Source: Pseudomonadota bacterium (lineage in GTDB: Bacteria > Pseudomonadota > Gammaproteobacteria > Burkholderiales > DATLHW01). Taken from it: 64,000 bases of DNA. Below the pieces are notes generated by a model. That model was given only the letters and a program-made list of their open reading frames with translations. It was not told the DNA's origin and searched no databases. Location of the stretch: assembly GCA_040388195.1 (NCBI GenBank), contig JAZKCF010000037.1, positions 3,512-67,511 of the forward strand, read 5' to 3'. The position numbers and the translations under genes were made by a program. Position 1 is the first letter of the stretch; every line of letters starts with the position of its first letter. Positions 46,768-57,416 of this stretch are shown in pieces.

Positions 46768-48027
46768 ATGTCAGATAAAACCGGTGGCGATAAACTGCTC
46801 TACTGCTCATTCTGCGGTAAAAGCCAGCATGAAGTACGCAAACTAATTGCTGGTCCTTCGGTGTTTATCTGCGACGAATGTATCGAGCTATGTAACGATA
46901 TCATTCGCGAAGAAATTCAAGGTGAGGCCTCGGGTCGGCTCACTCGTTCTGATCTACCTGTGCCGCAGGAGATTTGCGACATATTGGATCAATACGTCAT
47001 CGATCAAGTGCAGGCGAAGAAGATTCTTTCCGTCGCTGTGTACAATCATTACAAACGCCTGAAAAGCCCACCCAAAGAGGGTGAGGTTGAAGTTGCTAAG
47101 AGTAATATCCTGCTGATTGGGCCGACTGGCTCTGGAAAAACTCTTCTTGCTCAGACGCTTGCGCGTCTCCTGAATGTGCCCTTTGTGATTGCCGATGCAA
47201 CGACTTTGACCGAAGCCGGCTACGTTGGCGAGGACGTAGAAAACATTATTCAAAAGTTGTTGCAAAAGTGTGACTACGACGTTGAAAAGGCACAGCGAGG
47301 TATCGTCTATATCGATGAAATCGATAAAATTTCTCGCAAGTCGGATAATCCGTCTATTACGCGGGATGTTTCCGGCGAAGGCGTACAGCAAGCATTGCTA
47401 AAGTTAATCGAAGGCACTATCGCTTCCGTGCCGCCACAAGGTGGGCGTAAGCACCCCAATCAAGAATTCGTGCAAGTTGATACGACGAACATTTTATTTA
47501 TCTGTGGCGGTGCTTTTGGCGGTTTGGAAAAAGTTATTCAAGGTCGTTCTGACAAGAGCGGTATTGGATTTGGTGCCTCTGTAAAAAGCAAAGACCGGCG
47601 CGAAGTGAGCGTTTTATTGCGTGAAGTGGAGCCGGAAGATTTGATTAAGTATGGTCTGATTCCTGAATTTGTCGGTCGTTTGCCAGTGATAGCTACACTT
47701 GAAGAACTCGATGAAAAGGCCTTGGTCCGTATTCTTACTGAACCTAAGAATGCATTAACAAAGCAATATCAAAAACTCTTTTCCATGGAAGCCGTGGAGT
47801 TGGAGTTCCGCGATTCTGCGCTTAGCGCAATTGCTAAGAAGGCACTTGCTCGCAAAACCGGAGCGCGTGGTTTGCGGTCGATCATCGAACACGCGCTTCT
47901 CGATATCATGTTTGAACTGCCCTCGTTGCAAAATGTCTCCAAAGTCGTAATTGATGAGGCTACAATCAACGGCGAGGGTAAACCTATCCTGATGTATACC
48001 GATCAGCAAAAAGTTGCTGGCGTCTAA
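46768..48027 (+). CDS. clpX: ATP-dependent Clp protease ATP-binding subunit ClpX
   Basis: Zinc-binding ..[20 protein letters not shown].., Walker A ..[11 protein letters not shown].. and Walker B ..IVYIDEIDK.. Confidence 0.97.
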   Translation: MSDKTGGDKLLYCSFCGKSQHEVRKLIAGPSVFICDECIELCNDIIREEIQGEASGRLTRSDLPVPQEICDILDQYVIDQVQAKKILSVAVYNHYKRLKSPPKEGEVEVAKSNILLIGPTGSGKTLLAQTLARLLNVPFVIADATTLTEAGYVGEDVENIIQKLLQKCDYDVEKAQRGIVYIDEIDKISRKSDNPSITRDVSGEGVQQALLKLIEGTIASVPPQGGRKHPNQEFVQVDTTNILFICGGAFGGLEKVIQGRSDKSGIGFGASVKSKDRREVSVLLREVEPEDLIKYGLIPEFVGRLPVIATLEELDEKALVRILTEPKNALTKQYQKLFSMEAVELEFRDSALSAIAKKALARKTGARGLRSIIEHALLDIMFELPSLQNVSKVVIDEATINGEGKPILMYTDQQKVAGV

Positions 48028-48073
48028 TTAAAACTATCCGCACCATAGAGGTGCGGTCAATCGGCGGAGCGGG

Positions 48074-48101
48074 CTTGATTTTTGCTTTTTGAGCCCCAGA
48101 T
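48074..48101 (+). promoter_or_regulatory. sigma-32 (RpoH)-type heat-shock promoter for lon
   Basis: CTTGAT (48074-48079), a 14-nt spacer, then CCCCAGAT (48094-48101), against the consensus CTTGAA-N13-15-CCCCATNT. It lies 86 nt upstream of the lon ATG. Confidence 0.5.
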
Positions 48102-48186
48102 GACGTTAGAAGGCTGTCTGGTTAAAAATTGAGCATACTCATTTTTAACTAGCGTCTTAATATTTCAGGCCAACCAGGATAAGTCC

Positions 48187-50598
48187 ATGACTATTAATGA
48201 TCCCTTGGATACCGATCCCGTAATTCTCCCGCTTTTGCCACTTCGTGACGTTGTCGTATTTCCACATATGGTGATTCCGCTTTTTGTCGGTCGGCAAAAG
48301 TCGATTAAGGCATTGGAATCGGCCATGGAAAGCGGCAAAAGTATTATGCTGGTTGCGCAAAAATCAGCGGCTAAGGATGAACCGGGACCCGAGGATATGT
48401 ACTCTCTCGGGAGTATCGCTAGTATCTTGCAAATGCTGAAGTTGCCTGATGGCACCGTGAAGGTGTTGGTTGAGGGTACTCGCCGAGGCACAATTGAACA
48501 GATTCTTGATGATCGCAGTTATTTTACTGCCCAAGTAGTTCCTCTGGCAGGGGATGACGCTGAGAATCATGAGATAGAGGCCATGCGGCGCACGCTGATG
48601 AGCCAGTTTGAGCAGTACGTCAAACTCAACAAAAAAATTCCCCCCGAAGTGCTGACTTCTCTGTCCGGTATTGATGAGGCAGGACGGCTGGCTGACACGA
48701 TTGCGGCTCACCTGCCTTTGAAGTTGGAGCAAAAGCAGGAAATTCTTGAGACTGTAGAAATTAAAGCGCGTCTCGAGAAGTTGCTTGCTTTGTTGGAAAC
48801 GGAAATCGATATTCTCCAAGTAGAGAAACGTATTCGTGGTCGTGTTAAGCGTCAGATGGAAAAGAGCCAGCGCGAGTACTATCTGAACGAGCAAGTAAAG
48901 GCGATTCAGAAGGAGTTGGGCGACGCTGAAGACGGTGCTGATCTCGAAGAGCTGGAAAAAAAGATCAAGGCTGCGCACATGCCTAAAGAGGCGCGTGCTA
49001 AAGCTGACGCGGAGCTTAAGAAGCTGCGCATGATGTCGCCCATGTCAGCGGAAGCGACAGTCGTGCGCAACTATATTGATGTATTAATCGGATTGCCGTG
49101 GAAAAAGAAAACCAAGGTATCGACCGATATTAAAGCGTCCGAGAAAATACTCGACCAAGATCACTATGGGTTGGATAAGGTCAAGGAACGTATTGTCGAA
49201 TATTTGGCTGTGCAGAGTCGCGTGGATAAGGTAAAAGCGCCGATCCTATGTTTGGTTGGCCCCCCCGGGGTTGGTAAGACTTCGCTTGGTCAGTCCATTG
49301 CCAAAGCGACCAATCGGAAATTTATTCGCATGGCGCTCGGCGGTGTTCGTGATGAAGCTGAAGTACGCGGACATCGGCGAACTTATATCGGTTCTATGCC
49401 TGGCAAGATTTTGCAAAATATGAGTAAAGTCGGTGCAAAAAATCCGTTGTTCTTGCTCGACGAAGTCGACAAGATGGGTCAGGATTTCCGCGGCGATCCC
49501 TCATCCGCATTGCTTGAAGTGCTTGATCCAGAGCAGAACCATACGTTTGTCGATCACTATGTTGAGGTCGAATACGATCTGTCCGACGTTATGTTTGTTG
49601 CGACTGCAAATACGATGAACATTCCTGCGCCGTTGCTCGATCGGATGGAGGTTATTCGTCTCTCCGGTTACACGGAGGACGAGAAGATTAATATTGCTAC
49701 TCGATATTTGTTGCCTAAACAGGTCAAGGCGAATGGCTTGAAGGTTGATGAGCTCCACGTCGCCGAAAGCGCATTGCGGGATATTGTGCGTTACTACACT
49801 CGCGAAGCTGGCGTGCGTAGTCTTGACCGGGAAATCGCTAAGCTCTGCCGTAAGACGGTAAAGACACTACTGACTAAGAAAAAGGATGGGCGTATTAGTA
49901 TTACCGCCCGGAATTTAGATAAATTCTTAGGCGTGCATCGTTATACATATGGCATGGCGGAAAAGATAAATCAAGTAGGCCAAGTAACCGGCCTTGCATG
50001 GACCGAAGTCGGTGGTGAGCTTTTGACTGTAGAGGCGGTCAGATTGCCTGGCGCAGGTAAAACCCTTACTACCGGTAAGCTTGGCGAAGTCATGCAGGAA
50101 TCGATTCAGGCGGCAATATCGGTTGTACGCAGTCGCGCTAAAGGATTGGGTATTGCTGAAGATTTTCACCAAAAGTCCGATATTCATATTCACCTGCCGG
50201 AAGGCGCAACACCGAAGGATGGACCGAGTGCGGGTATTGCAATTTGCACGGCAGTCGTTTCTACACTGACGGGTATTCCGGTTCGTGCCGATGTGGCGAT
50301 GACTGGGGAAATTACGTTGCGCGGGGAGGTGTTACCGATTGGCGGCTTGAAGGAAAAACTTCTTGCTGCGCATCGTGGCGGTATCAAAACGGTATTGATT
50401 CCGGAGGAGAACAAGAAAGACATGGTGGAAATGCCGGATAACATCAAGAACAATCTTGAAATCCATCCAGTTCGTTGGATTGATCAAGTATTGGAATTGG
50501 CATTAGAACGCGCTCCCACCCCGTTACCTGAAGCAGTTGATGTGCCTGCACTTCCTCCTAAAGCCGATGGCGATGCGTCGACGGTGATTAAACATTAA
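48187..50598 (+). CDS. lon: endopeptidase La (Lon protease)
   Basis: LON N-domain; Walker A ..[11 protein letters not shown]..; proteolytic Ser ..[10 protein letters not shown].. and Lys ..[10 protein letters not shown].. Confidence 0.97.
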   Translation: MTINDPLDTDPVILPLLPLRDVVVFPHMVIPLFVGRQKSIKALESAMESGKSIMLVAQKSAAKDEPGPEDMYSLGSIASILQMLKLPDGTVKVLVEGTRRGTIEQILDDRSYFTAQVVPLAGDDAENHEIEAMRRTLMSQFEQYVKLNKKIPPEVLTSLSGIDEAGRLADTIAAHLPLKLEQKQEILETVEIKARLEKLLALLETEIDILQVEKRIRGRVKRQMEKSQREYYLNEQVKAIQKELGDAEDGADLEELEKKIKAAHMPKEARAKADAELKKLRMMSPMSAEATVVRNYIDVLIGLPWKKKTKVSTDIKASEKILDQDHYGLDKVKERIVEYLAVQSRVDKVKAPILCLVGPPGVGKTSLGQSIAKATNRKFIRMALGGVRDEAEVRGHRRTYIGSMPGKILQNMSKVGAKNPLFLLDEVDKMGQDFRGDPSSALLEVLDPEQNHTFVDHYVEVEYDLSDVMFVATANTMNIPAPLLDRMEVIRLSGYTEDEKINIATRYLLPKQVKANGLKVDELHVAESALRDIVRYYTREAGVRSLDREIAKLCRKTVKTLLTKKKDGRISITARNLDKFLGVHRYTYGMAEKINQVGQVTGLAWTEVGGELLTVEAVRLPGAGKTLTTGKLGEVMQESIQAAISVVRSRAKGLGIAEDFHQKSDIHIHLPEGATPKDGPSAGIAICTAVVSTLTGIPVRADVAMTGEITLRGEVLPIGGLKEKLLAAHRGGIKTVLIPEENKKDMVEMPDNIKNNLEIHPVRWIDQVLELALERAPTPLPEAVDVPALPPKADGDASTVIKH

Positions 50599-50612
50599 CG
50601 TAGTTTTCTGCT

Positions 50613-50647
50613 AAAAAAGCGCAGGCCTTTGGGTCTGCGCTTTTTTT
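50613..50647 (+). terminator. rho-independent terminator after lon
   Basis: AAAAAAGCGCAGgcctttgggtCTGCGCTTTTTTT. Confidence 0.75.
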
Positions 50648-50672
50648 GTCGCAGTGAGACGCCACTAATAGC

Positions 50673-50701
50673 TTGACCGTACTATCTCGCATTGTTATAA
50701 A
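50673..50701 (+). promoter_or_regulatory. sigma-70-type promoter for hupB
   Basis: TTGACC (50673-50678), a 17-nt spacer, then TATAAA (50696-50701). It lies 52 nt upstream of the GTG start. Confidence 0.45.
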
Positions 50702-50753
50702 GACGGGCTTGCCTTGAGGCGCCTGTAAACATATTGAAAAAGGGGATTTCAAC

Positions 50754-51026
50754 GTGAACAAATCCGAGTTGATTGATGCTATCGCAAAGTCTGCGGACAT
50801 TTCGAAAGCCGCAGCTGGCCGTGCACTTGATGGCACCATCGCCGCAATTAGGACCTCACTTAAAAAAGGTGGAATGGTTACTCTTGTTGGGTTCGGTACT
50901 TTTTATGTAAGCAAGCGCGCTGCGCGAAGTGGCCGTAATCCTCGGACTGGTCAAGCAATTAAAATTAAATCTGCTAAAGTTCCGAAGTTCAGGGCTGGTA
51001 AAGCTCTCAAAGATACTGTAAACTAG
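50754..51026 (+). CDS. hupB: DNA-binding protein HU-beta
   Basis: [11 protein letters not shown]..., ..GFGTF.. and ..[11 protein letters not shown].. are present. GTG start. Confidence 0.93.
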   Translation: MNKSELIDAIAKSADISKAAAGRALDGTIAAIRTSLKKGGMVTLVGFGTFYVSKRAARSGRNPRTGQAIKIKSAKVPKFRAGKALKDTVN

Positions 51027-51037
51027 CTGGCTATCTT

Positions 51038-51113
51038 GGGTACTTAGCTCAGCTGGTAGAGCGTCGCCCTTACAAGGCGAATGTCGGGGGTTCGAGCCCC
51101 TCAGTACCCACCA
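51038..51113 (+). tRNA. tRNA-Val (anticodon UAC)
   Basis: Acceptor GGGTACT/AGTACCC, anticodon loop CTTACAA, T-arm GGGGG-TTCGAGC-CCCCT and an encoded CCA. Confidence 0.93.
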
Positions 51114-51205
51114 GTAATAAAATTTTGTCGTTATCGTGTTTATAAAATAACGACAGCAGTAAAGAGTAAGTGAGTTAAGTTTTTAGTAAGTAGCAATGTA
51201 GTATT

Positions 51206-51282
51206 GGAGTGGTAGTTCAGTTGGTTAGAATACCGGCCTGTCACGCCGGGGGTCGCGGGTTCGAGTCCCGTCCACTCCGCCA
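51206..51282 (+). tRNA. tRNA-Asp (anticodon GUC)
   Basis: Acceptor GGAGTGG/CCACTCC, anticodon loop CTGTCAC, T-arm GCGGG-TTCGAGT-CCCGT and an encoded CCA. Confidence 0.93.
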
Positions 51283-51293
51283 TCAATTTAGTG

Positions 51294-51330
51294 AAAAAGA
51301 AATAGCCTCGTTACGAGGCTATTTCTTTTT
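51294..51330. terminator. bidirectional rho-independent terminator
   Basis: AAAAAGAAATAGCCTCGttaCGAGGCTATTTCTTTTT lies between tRNA-Asp and the convergent HemD-like gene. Confidence 0.75.
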
Positions 51331-51383
51331 CTGCTTGATCTTGAGGTCGTCATTTTGTTAGACGCTCTAACAAAAAACGCACC

Positions 51384-52184
51384 TCATGATTTCGACAAAA
51401 TTTCATTAATTGCATATATAAACGGGCCAAGCTTCGGTGGGCTAGCTTCGATGTTCGGTGTAACGCCTAATCTTTTTAGTGCGGTTGTGCAGACAGGGCC
51501 AATCGAGGCAACCAATGTGCGGCTCAGAGAAACTCTTAGCGGTTCTTGTTTTTCTATTTGCTGTGCGACTGCAAAGAGATTGTTTGCTTGTGAGGCGCTG
51601 GTAAAGGCCACGATATTGATTTCGTTGCGGTCAAGCGCATTTATTAATATGATCAACGGCTCGATATTTTCAGGTAGGCTCCAGCGATAAGTCGCAATCT
51701 CGGTGACTTTTGCTCCTCTGTCTTCGAGTGCTTTCTGTAATTCTGTGTTCGTTTCGCCGTACCGTTGGACAATCACCTGTTTTCCCGGTAACGCTGTATC
51801 AATTTTTGCAAGCACTTCTGTGGTGGTGTAGGGCTCTTCAGCAGCCAAATCGATGCGTACCTTGCGCGACCGCAACACGCCCGTAGGTTTAGGGCCGCGC
51901 GCGACGACAAGCGCCTCATCAAGGTGATGTAATAATTTGTCTGTAAGCTTTAACGAATCCGTTGTTGCAAACAACGCCTTGGCACCTACGCCTGTTTGGA
52001 AAATGAATACATCGGGTTGGCTGGAGTCCCAGGCGTTAAGCAATTCACTGATATGTTCAGGGTCGAGGTCGGGAATTTCTGCCAGCGCCGGCGCTAGAAA
52101 TGGTGTGCCGCCATATTTCCTGACTAAATCCGCCATTTGTTCGCCGGCGCGATTTTCGAGAATGGCAACGATTTTGTCTTTCAT
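51384..52184 (-). CDS. uroporphyrinogen-III synthase (HemD/HEM4) family protein
   Basis: Two-lobe HemD-like pattern (..VFIFQTGVGAKALF.., ..IVAFTSASQANNLF..). The ATG at 52184 is preceded by GGAGAAA. The family call is from recall only. Confidence 0.6.
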   Translation of the reverse strand: MKDKIVAILENRAGEQMADLVRKYGGTPFLAPALAEIPDLDPEHISELLNAWDSSQPDVFIFQTGVGAKALFATTDSLKLTDKLLHHLDEALVVARGPKPTGVLRSRKVRIDLAAEEPYTTTEVLAKIDTALPGKQVIVQRYGETNTELQKALEDRGAKVTEIATYRWSLPENIEPLIILINALDRNEINIVAFTSASQANNLFAVAQQIEKQEPLRVSLSRTLVASIGPVCTTALKRLGVTPNIEASPPKLGPFIYAINEILSKS

Positions 52185-52461
52185 GGATTTCTCCAATCAA
52201 TGTATAAGAAATCTAGCAGTAATTTTGGCACATGCTAAGGCGAGTTGCCCGAGGAGTTTGTTCAAAATTTTGTAGCGAGCGGGTCGAAAATTTAAAGCAA
52301 TGAGCGGAGATGTACGAATAGAACATTGCGCATCGGTGCCTGGAATTTCTCTGTGCAATAAATCTTATAGTCCCTAACAATTTTTTCAGTCTTGGAACCT
52401 ATCCCGGCGACCTGATAGAATGCGCCCTCTCCAAGCAAGGTATACATCCTAGGATACATTT

Positions 52462-54369
52462 ATGCTTGACTATTTTCGTCAAGGTGCACAAACCAAATTT
52501 GCCAAAGTGATTCTCGCTTTGATTACCGTACCCTTCGCCTTATGGGGAGTGGACTCCTACGTACGAGATGGAGATGCCGCTGACAATGTGGCGACAGTTA
52601 ATGGTCAGAAGATCACTGCTCGCGAATTCAACCAAGCCGTTAAAGAAAATCTCGATCAGTTACGTGCTCGATATAACGGAAATGTGGATGCCAGCCTTGT
52701 CAATAATCCCGAGTTTCGTCAATCGGTGTTGGATGGTTTGATCAATCAGCGTGTTTTGCTTTCGGATGCGGTGCGAGTAGGCGCTGCGATTAGCGACAAG
52801 CAACTTGCGGAGCGCATTGCAGCCATTCCTGCTTTTCAGGAGGACGGCAAGTTTTCCAAAACCCGTTATCAAGGGTTGCTTGGACAGCAAGGTATGACCC
52901 CCACAGGATTTGAAACACGCCTGCGCCAAGATCTGATACTGCAAGCGTATCAGCAAGGGGTGACGAACACGACGATCATTTCTCATACAAGCGTTGATGC
53001 GCTAATACGTGCCTCCGAGCAGACGCGGGAAGTGAGCGCGGTGAGTTATTCGCCGGAACAGTTCGTGAGTCGAGTAAAAATCAGCGAGGCCGCAATCAAG
53101 AGTTATTACGATTCTCATAAGCAGGAATTCACCACGCCGGACCAAGTGAAGTTGGAGTACGTTGTGCTTTCCGTTGATGAGCTGGCTTCTCAAGTCACGG
53201 TGTCGGAAGAAGAAATCAAAAAATATTATGACGAGCACACAGCTCAATACATGCAGGCAGAAGAGCGTCAGGCGAGCCATGTCCTCATTAAAGCAGCTAG
53301 CGATGCCACTGAAGCAGACAAAAAAACCGCGCTGGTGAAAGCAGAGGATGTGCTGAGGCAAGCGAAAGCTGATCCTAGTAAATTTCCTGCATTGGCGGAA
53401 AAATATTCTGAAGATGCCGGGTCCGCAGCCAAGGGAGGCGACCTCGGGTTTTTCTCTAAAGGGATGATGGTGAAGCCGTTTGAGGATGCGGCTTTCCAAA
53501 TGAGCAAGGGTGAAATACGCGGTCCTGTGCAATCGGAATTTGGCTATCACATCATCAAGCTCGTTGACCTAAAGCCAGGCAAGGGTAAGTCACTGGATGA
53601 GGTTCGTACCGAGATTACGACGGAGCTGAAAAAGCAGAAGGCGCTGAAGAAATTTGCTGAAATAGCCGAGCCGTTTAGCAATATGGTTTACGAGCAGTCG
53701 AGCAGCCTTAAACCCGCGGCTGATGCATATAAGCTCTCTATAAATCAAAGCCAGTGGATGACGCGAAAGGGTGGCCCTACGCCGGCGTTGAACAATGAAA
53801 AATTTTTGCAGTCAGCATTTGGCGAAGAAGTATTGAAGAACAAGCGCAATACAGAGGCAGTCGAAATAGCGCCGAATACGCTGGTGTCCGCGCGACTTCT
53901 CGAATTCAAGGCCTCGGCCCTTCGCCCGTTAGCGGAAGTTAGTAGCGAGATCACTGCCAAGTTGACTGCAGAAGAAGCTAACAAGCTCGCTATGAAACAA
54001 GGTAAGGAGCAACTCGAACAAATCATTAAAGGAACGGTCCCGGCTAGTATCGCTTGGCAGGGCCCTCAGCAGGTAAGTCGTCAACAACCGGGAGCGATGG
54101 TGCCAGCCGCGCTTGAAGCGGCATTCAAAGCCCCGGTTAAAACGTTACCGGCTTATGTTGGCGTTGAAAATCCCCAAGGTGGTTACAGTATTGTTCGCAT
54201 AAGCAAAGTCACCGACGGTACGCCGACGGACGAAGCGAAGAAGCGTTTATATACTGATCGCCTTAAGATGTTGAAAGCCCAAAGTGAGTTTGGTGCCTTG
54301 GTAGCTAGCTTGCGTGAGGGCGCTAAGGTGAAAGTTCGGAAGGATGTTTTAGAAAAGAAAGAACAGTAA
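52462..54369 (+). CDS. ppiD: periplasmic chaperone / peptidylprolyl isomerase PpiD
   Basis: N-terminal membrane anchor ..FAKVILALITVPFALWGV..; SurA-like N-domain; parvulin domain ..ASHVLIKA.. and ..EFGYHIIKLVD.. Confidence 0.88.
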   Translation: MLDYFRQGAQTKFAKVILALITVPFALWGVDSYVRDGDAADNVATVNGQKITAREFNQAVKENLDQLRARYNGNVDASLVNNPEFRQSVLDGLINQRVLLSDAVRVGAAISDKQLAERIAAIPAFQEDGKFSKTRYQGLLGQQGMTPTGFETRLRQDLILQAYQQGVTNTTIISHTSVDALIRASEQTREVSAVSYSPEQFVSRVKISEAAIKSYYDSHKQEFTTPDQVKLEYVVLSVDELASQVTVSEEEIKKYYDEHTAQYMQAEERQASHVLIKAASDATEADKKTALVKAEDVLRQAKADPSKFPALAEKYSEDAGSAAKGGDLGFFSKGMMVKPFEDAAFQMSKGEIRGPVQSEFGYHIIKLVDLKPGKGKSLDEVRTEITTELKKQKALKKFAEIAEPFSNMVYEQSSSLKPAADAYKLSINQSQWMTRKGGPTPALNNEKFLQSAFGEEVLKNKRNTEAVEIAPNTLVSARLLEFKASALRPLAEVSSEITAKLTAEEANKLAMKQGKEQLEQIIKGTVPASIAWQGPQQVSRQQPGAMVPAALEAAFKAPVKTLPAYVGVENPQGGYSIVRISKVTDGTPTDEAKKRLYTDRLKMLKAQSEFGALVASLREGAKVKVRKDVLEKKEQ

Positions 54370-54388
54370 TTTACACTTAGGCATAACA

Positions 54389-54417
54389 CGTAGGAACGGG
54401 CCATGCTCGTTCCTACG
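54389..54417. terminator. 10-bp perfect hairpin between convergent ppiD and fabI (no clear T-run)
   Basis: CGTAGGAACGggccatgctCGTTCCTACG. Confidence 0.4.
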
Positions 54418-54477
54418 CTCTCTTGCCGTCATATAATTATTTCGTGACAACATAGCAGAAAAAAAGCACCAGCTTTA

Positions 54478-55263
54478 TTATTCTTCTATACCCCCCGCAG
54501 TCGTATTGAATCCACCGTCTACATAGGTAATCTCGCCAGTGATACCGCTTGCAAGGTCACTGCACAAGAACGCCGCAGCATTGCCCACTTCATCAATGGT
54601 TACGTTGCGTTGTAAAGGCGAATATTTCTCGACGAAATTAAGAATTTTGCTGAATCCGCCGATGCCTGCTGCTGCTAATGTTTTAATCGGACCAGCGGAA
54701 ATACCGTTTACACGAATACCTTTTTTGCCAAGATTTAGCGCAAGGTAACGCACGTTGGCTTCGAGACTCGCCTTCGCCAATCCCATCACGTTATAACTTG
54801 GCATCGTGCGAACAGCACCTAGATAGGTTAATGTCAGTAACGCCGCCTTGCGTCCTTCCATCATAGGCAGTCCGGCCTTTGCCAGAGCAGCGAAGCTGTA
54901 AGAACTGATGTCATGCGCCGTATGAAAGCTTTCGCGAGTTAAGCCATCTAGAAATTCACCCGCGAGGGCTTCGCGTGGTGCGAAGGCGATGGAATGAACG
55001 ATGCCATCAAGACCATCCCATTTTGATTTCAGGCTTGTGAACACGCCTTCGATTTCCTCGTCCTTACTGACATCGCAGGGTAGTATGATGTTTGTTGCAA
55101 ACTCAGGAGCCAACTTCTCGACCCGTTCCTTCAAATTTTCGCCGGCATAGGTAAATGCCAACTCAGCGCCTTCTCGGTGCATCGCCTTGGCAATGCCATA
55201 AGCAATGGATCGATTGGATAACAATCCGGTAACGAGAATTTTTTTGCCAGTAAGTAGTCCCAT
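54478..55263 (-). CDS. fabI: enoyl-[acyl-carrier-protein] reductase (NADH) FabI
   Basis: [25 protein letters not shown].. and the active-site region ..[14 protein letters not shown].. (Y-x6-K). Confidence 0.95.
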   Translation of the reverse strand: MGLLTGKKILVTGLLSNRSIAYGIAKAMHREGAELAFTYAGENLKERVEKLAPEFATNIILPCDVSKDEEIEGVFTSLKSKWDGLDGIVHSIAFAPREALAGEFLDGLTRESFHTAHDISSYSFAALAKAGLPMMEGRKAALLTLTYLGAVRTMPSYNVMGLAKASLEANVRYLALNLGKKGIRVNGISAGPIKTLAAAGIGGFSKILNFVEKYSPLQRNVTIDEVGNAAAFLCSDLASGITGEITYVDGGFNTTAGGIEE

Positions 55264-55280
55264 GTTTCTTTACTCCGTTA

Positions 55281-55403
55281 AGAACATATTTTAAAAGGCT
55301 TTGCACAAGCCAATCTTGAAGCTGCGATGCTCGAAGTACTAAATGTACGACTGCGCTTCTCGCTCCAATCTTGGCTTGTGCAAAGCCTTTTAAAACATGT
55401 TCT
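55281..55403. repeat. 123-bp palindromic element with about 42-bp imperfect terminal inverted repeats
   Basis: The left arm AGAACATATTTTAAAAGGCTTTGCACAAGCCAATCTTGAAGC, compared with the reverse complement of the right arm AGAACATGTTTTAAAAGGCTTTGCACAAGCCAAGATTGGAGC, shows 4 mismatches and a 25-bp perfect core. It starts 18 nt upstream of the fabI ATG. Confidence 0.8.
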
Positions 55404-55495
55404 AAATTTTAGGGCGGAAAAAACGTGATTCTACCGTAATCGTGTTGGGTATTACGATGCGGATCAAGGATGGGTTAAGATTGCAGAAATCTTCG

Positions 55496-57331
55496 ATGAA
55501 ATATATGCCCCTCATGAGCAGCGTTAACGTGCGCCGATCGCTCGCGGCGTTCTTCTCCATTATTGTCTTCACATTCGCTTCGTCATTTGACGTGCCGGCT
55601 GCTGACCCGCAAAAGGTTCTTCGCTACGCGTTCGGCGCGGCAGAAACAGGCTTCGATCCCGTTGCGGTCGCCGATCGCTATTCCAACGTCATCATCGACA
55701 ATATTCTTGAGCCGATGTTGGCCTATGACTATCTGGCCCGTCCGGCAAAACTAGTGCCAAATACGCTGGCGTCGATGCCGGAAGTCTCGGATAGCGGGGC
55801 GACCTATATTTGCCGCGTGAAGCCGGGAATTTATTTTGCTACTGATCCCGCGTTCAAAGGCGTAAAGCGTGAATTGACCGCGCAGGACTACGCTTATAGC
55901 TTGCGCCGATTGTTCGATCCCAAGCTGCACTCACCATGGCAATTTCTGGTCGAAGGGAAAATCATTGGCGCGGATGAGGTTACAGCGCAGGCGAAAAAAA
56001 CTGGTAAATACGATTACGACGCACTTGTCCCCGGCTTAACGGTATTAGACCGTTACACGCTACGTATCCGGCTTAAAGAGCCTGACTACAACCTGCTTTA
56101 TATTCTCGCCATGCCGGCTACCTCAGCAATGGCTCGTGAAGTAGTGGAGCACTATGGTGATGACATTGCCGCTCACCCCGTCGGCACTGGACCATTTATT
56201 CTTAAAGAGTGGCGACGCTCCAGCAAAATTGTCGTCGAAGCGAACCCCGATTATCGTGAGGATTATTTCAGTGGCGGCGGCGAAGACACACCCGCAGACG
56301 CTGCGATCATCGCAAGATTACGTGGAAAGAAATTACCGCTGATCGGCCGGGTAGAAGTAAGCATTATCGAAGAGCAACAACCATACTTGCTCGCCTTTCT
56401 AAACAAAGAACACGATATTCTCGGCGGTCTGCCCAATGAGTTTGTGAATACCATAACGCCGGGTGGAGAGCTAGCGCCTAATCTTGCGGAGCAGGGTATT
56501 CAAATGGCGCGTATGGCGGAACTCGATCTCACTTACACTTACTACAACATGGAAGATCCGGTTATCGGCGGTTACAAACCGGAGAAAGTGGCGCTACGCC
56601 GCGCATTAAATCTGGCTTATAACAGCGAGCAAGAAATCCAAATTTTACGTAAACGCCAAGCGATACAAGCACAAAGTCCTATTCCCCCTGGTGCTGCTGG
56701 CTATAACCCTAAATTTCGCACGACTACGGGTGAATACAATCCCGCGAAAGCCAAAGCGCTATTAGATATGTTCGGCTACGTTGATCGGGATGGTGACGGT
56801 TGGCGCGAGATGCCGGATGGCAAACCGCTCTCGCTTGAAATTGCCTCGCCGCCCGGTTCGGCGCAACGTGAATCCGATGAGCTATGGCGCAAATCGTTGC
56901 AGGCAATTGGTGTTCGCACGACATTCAAAAAAGAACGTTGGCCCGATTTAATAAAGCAGGGCCGGCTTGGCAAGATACAAGTAGGTAATTATTTGTCCTG
57001 GGGCGCTGATTACCCGGATGCCGATAATTTTCTGCAATTGCTATACGGCCCTAACACCGGGCAATCTAATGAGGCGAGATTTCAATTACCCGAATTCGAC
57101 CGGCTCTATGAAAAAGCGAAGAAGCTGCCCGATTCTCCCGAACGTACCAAGTTGTATGAAGAAATGACCAAGCTTGTGCTGGTGTATGCGCCATGGCGAC
57201 TCGGCATGCATCGGATTGGAACTAGTCTGCGTCACAGTTGGGTTAAAGGCCTAAAGACGCATCCTATTACCAGTGGGGTATGGAAATACATCGATATTGA
57301 TTTGGATGCGCAGCAAAAAGCCAGACAATAA
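55496..57331 (+). CDS. ABC transporter substrate-binding protein, family 5 (peptide/opine/nickel; YejA-like size)
   Basis: Signal peptide ..RRSLAAFFSIIVFTFASSFDVPAA and the SBP_bac_5 pattern (..VLRYAF...TGFDP.., ..HPVGTGPFILKEW..). The start is uncertain (ATG 55496 or 55457; the ORF is open from 55442). Confidence 0.85.
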   Translation: MKYMPLMSSVNVRRSLAAFFSIIVFTFASSFDVPAADPQKVLRYAFGAAETGFDPVAVADRYSNVIIDNILEPMLAYDYLARPAKLVPNTLASMPEVSDSGATYICRVKPGIYFATDPAFKGVKRELTAQDYAYSLRRLFDPKLHSPWQFLVEGKIIGADEVTAQAKKTGKYDYDALVPGLTVLDRYTLRIRLKEPDYNLLYILAMPATSAMAREVVEHYGDDIAAHPVGTGPFILKEWRRSSKIVVEANPDYREDYFSGGGEDTPADAAIIARLRGKKLPLIGRVEVSIIEEQQPYLLAFLNKEHDILGGLPNEFVNTITPGGELAPNLAEQGIQMARMAELDLTYTYYNMEDPVIGGYKPEKVALRRALNLAYNSEQEIQILRKRQAIQAQSPIPPGAAGYNPKFRTTTGEYNPAKAKALLDMFGYVDRDGDGWREMPDGKPLSLEIASPPGSAQRESDELWRKSLQAIGVRTTFKKERWPDLIKQGRLGKIQVGNYLSWGADYPDADNFLQLLYGPNTGQSNEARFQLPEFDRLYEKAKKLPDSPERTKLYEEMTKLVLVYAPWRLGMHRIGTSLRHSWVKGLKTHPITSGVWKYIDIDLDAQQKARQ

Positions 57332-57416
57332 AACTAGAATCCTTTATCGACGGATCGCACCAGCGGAGTAGGTTTCGAAAGAACTTTACTCATTCAAGCC
57401 ATAACTGGATACATAC

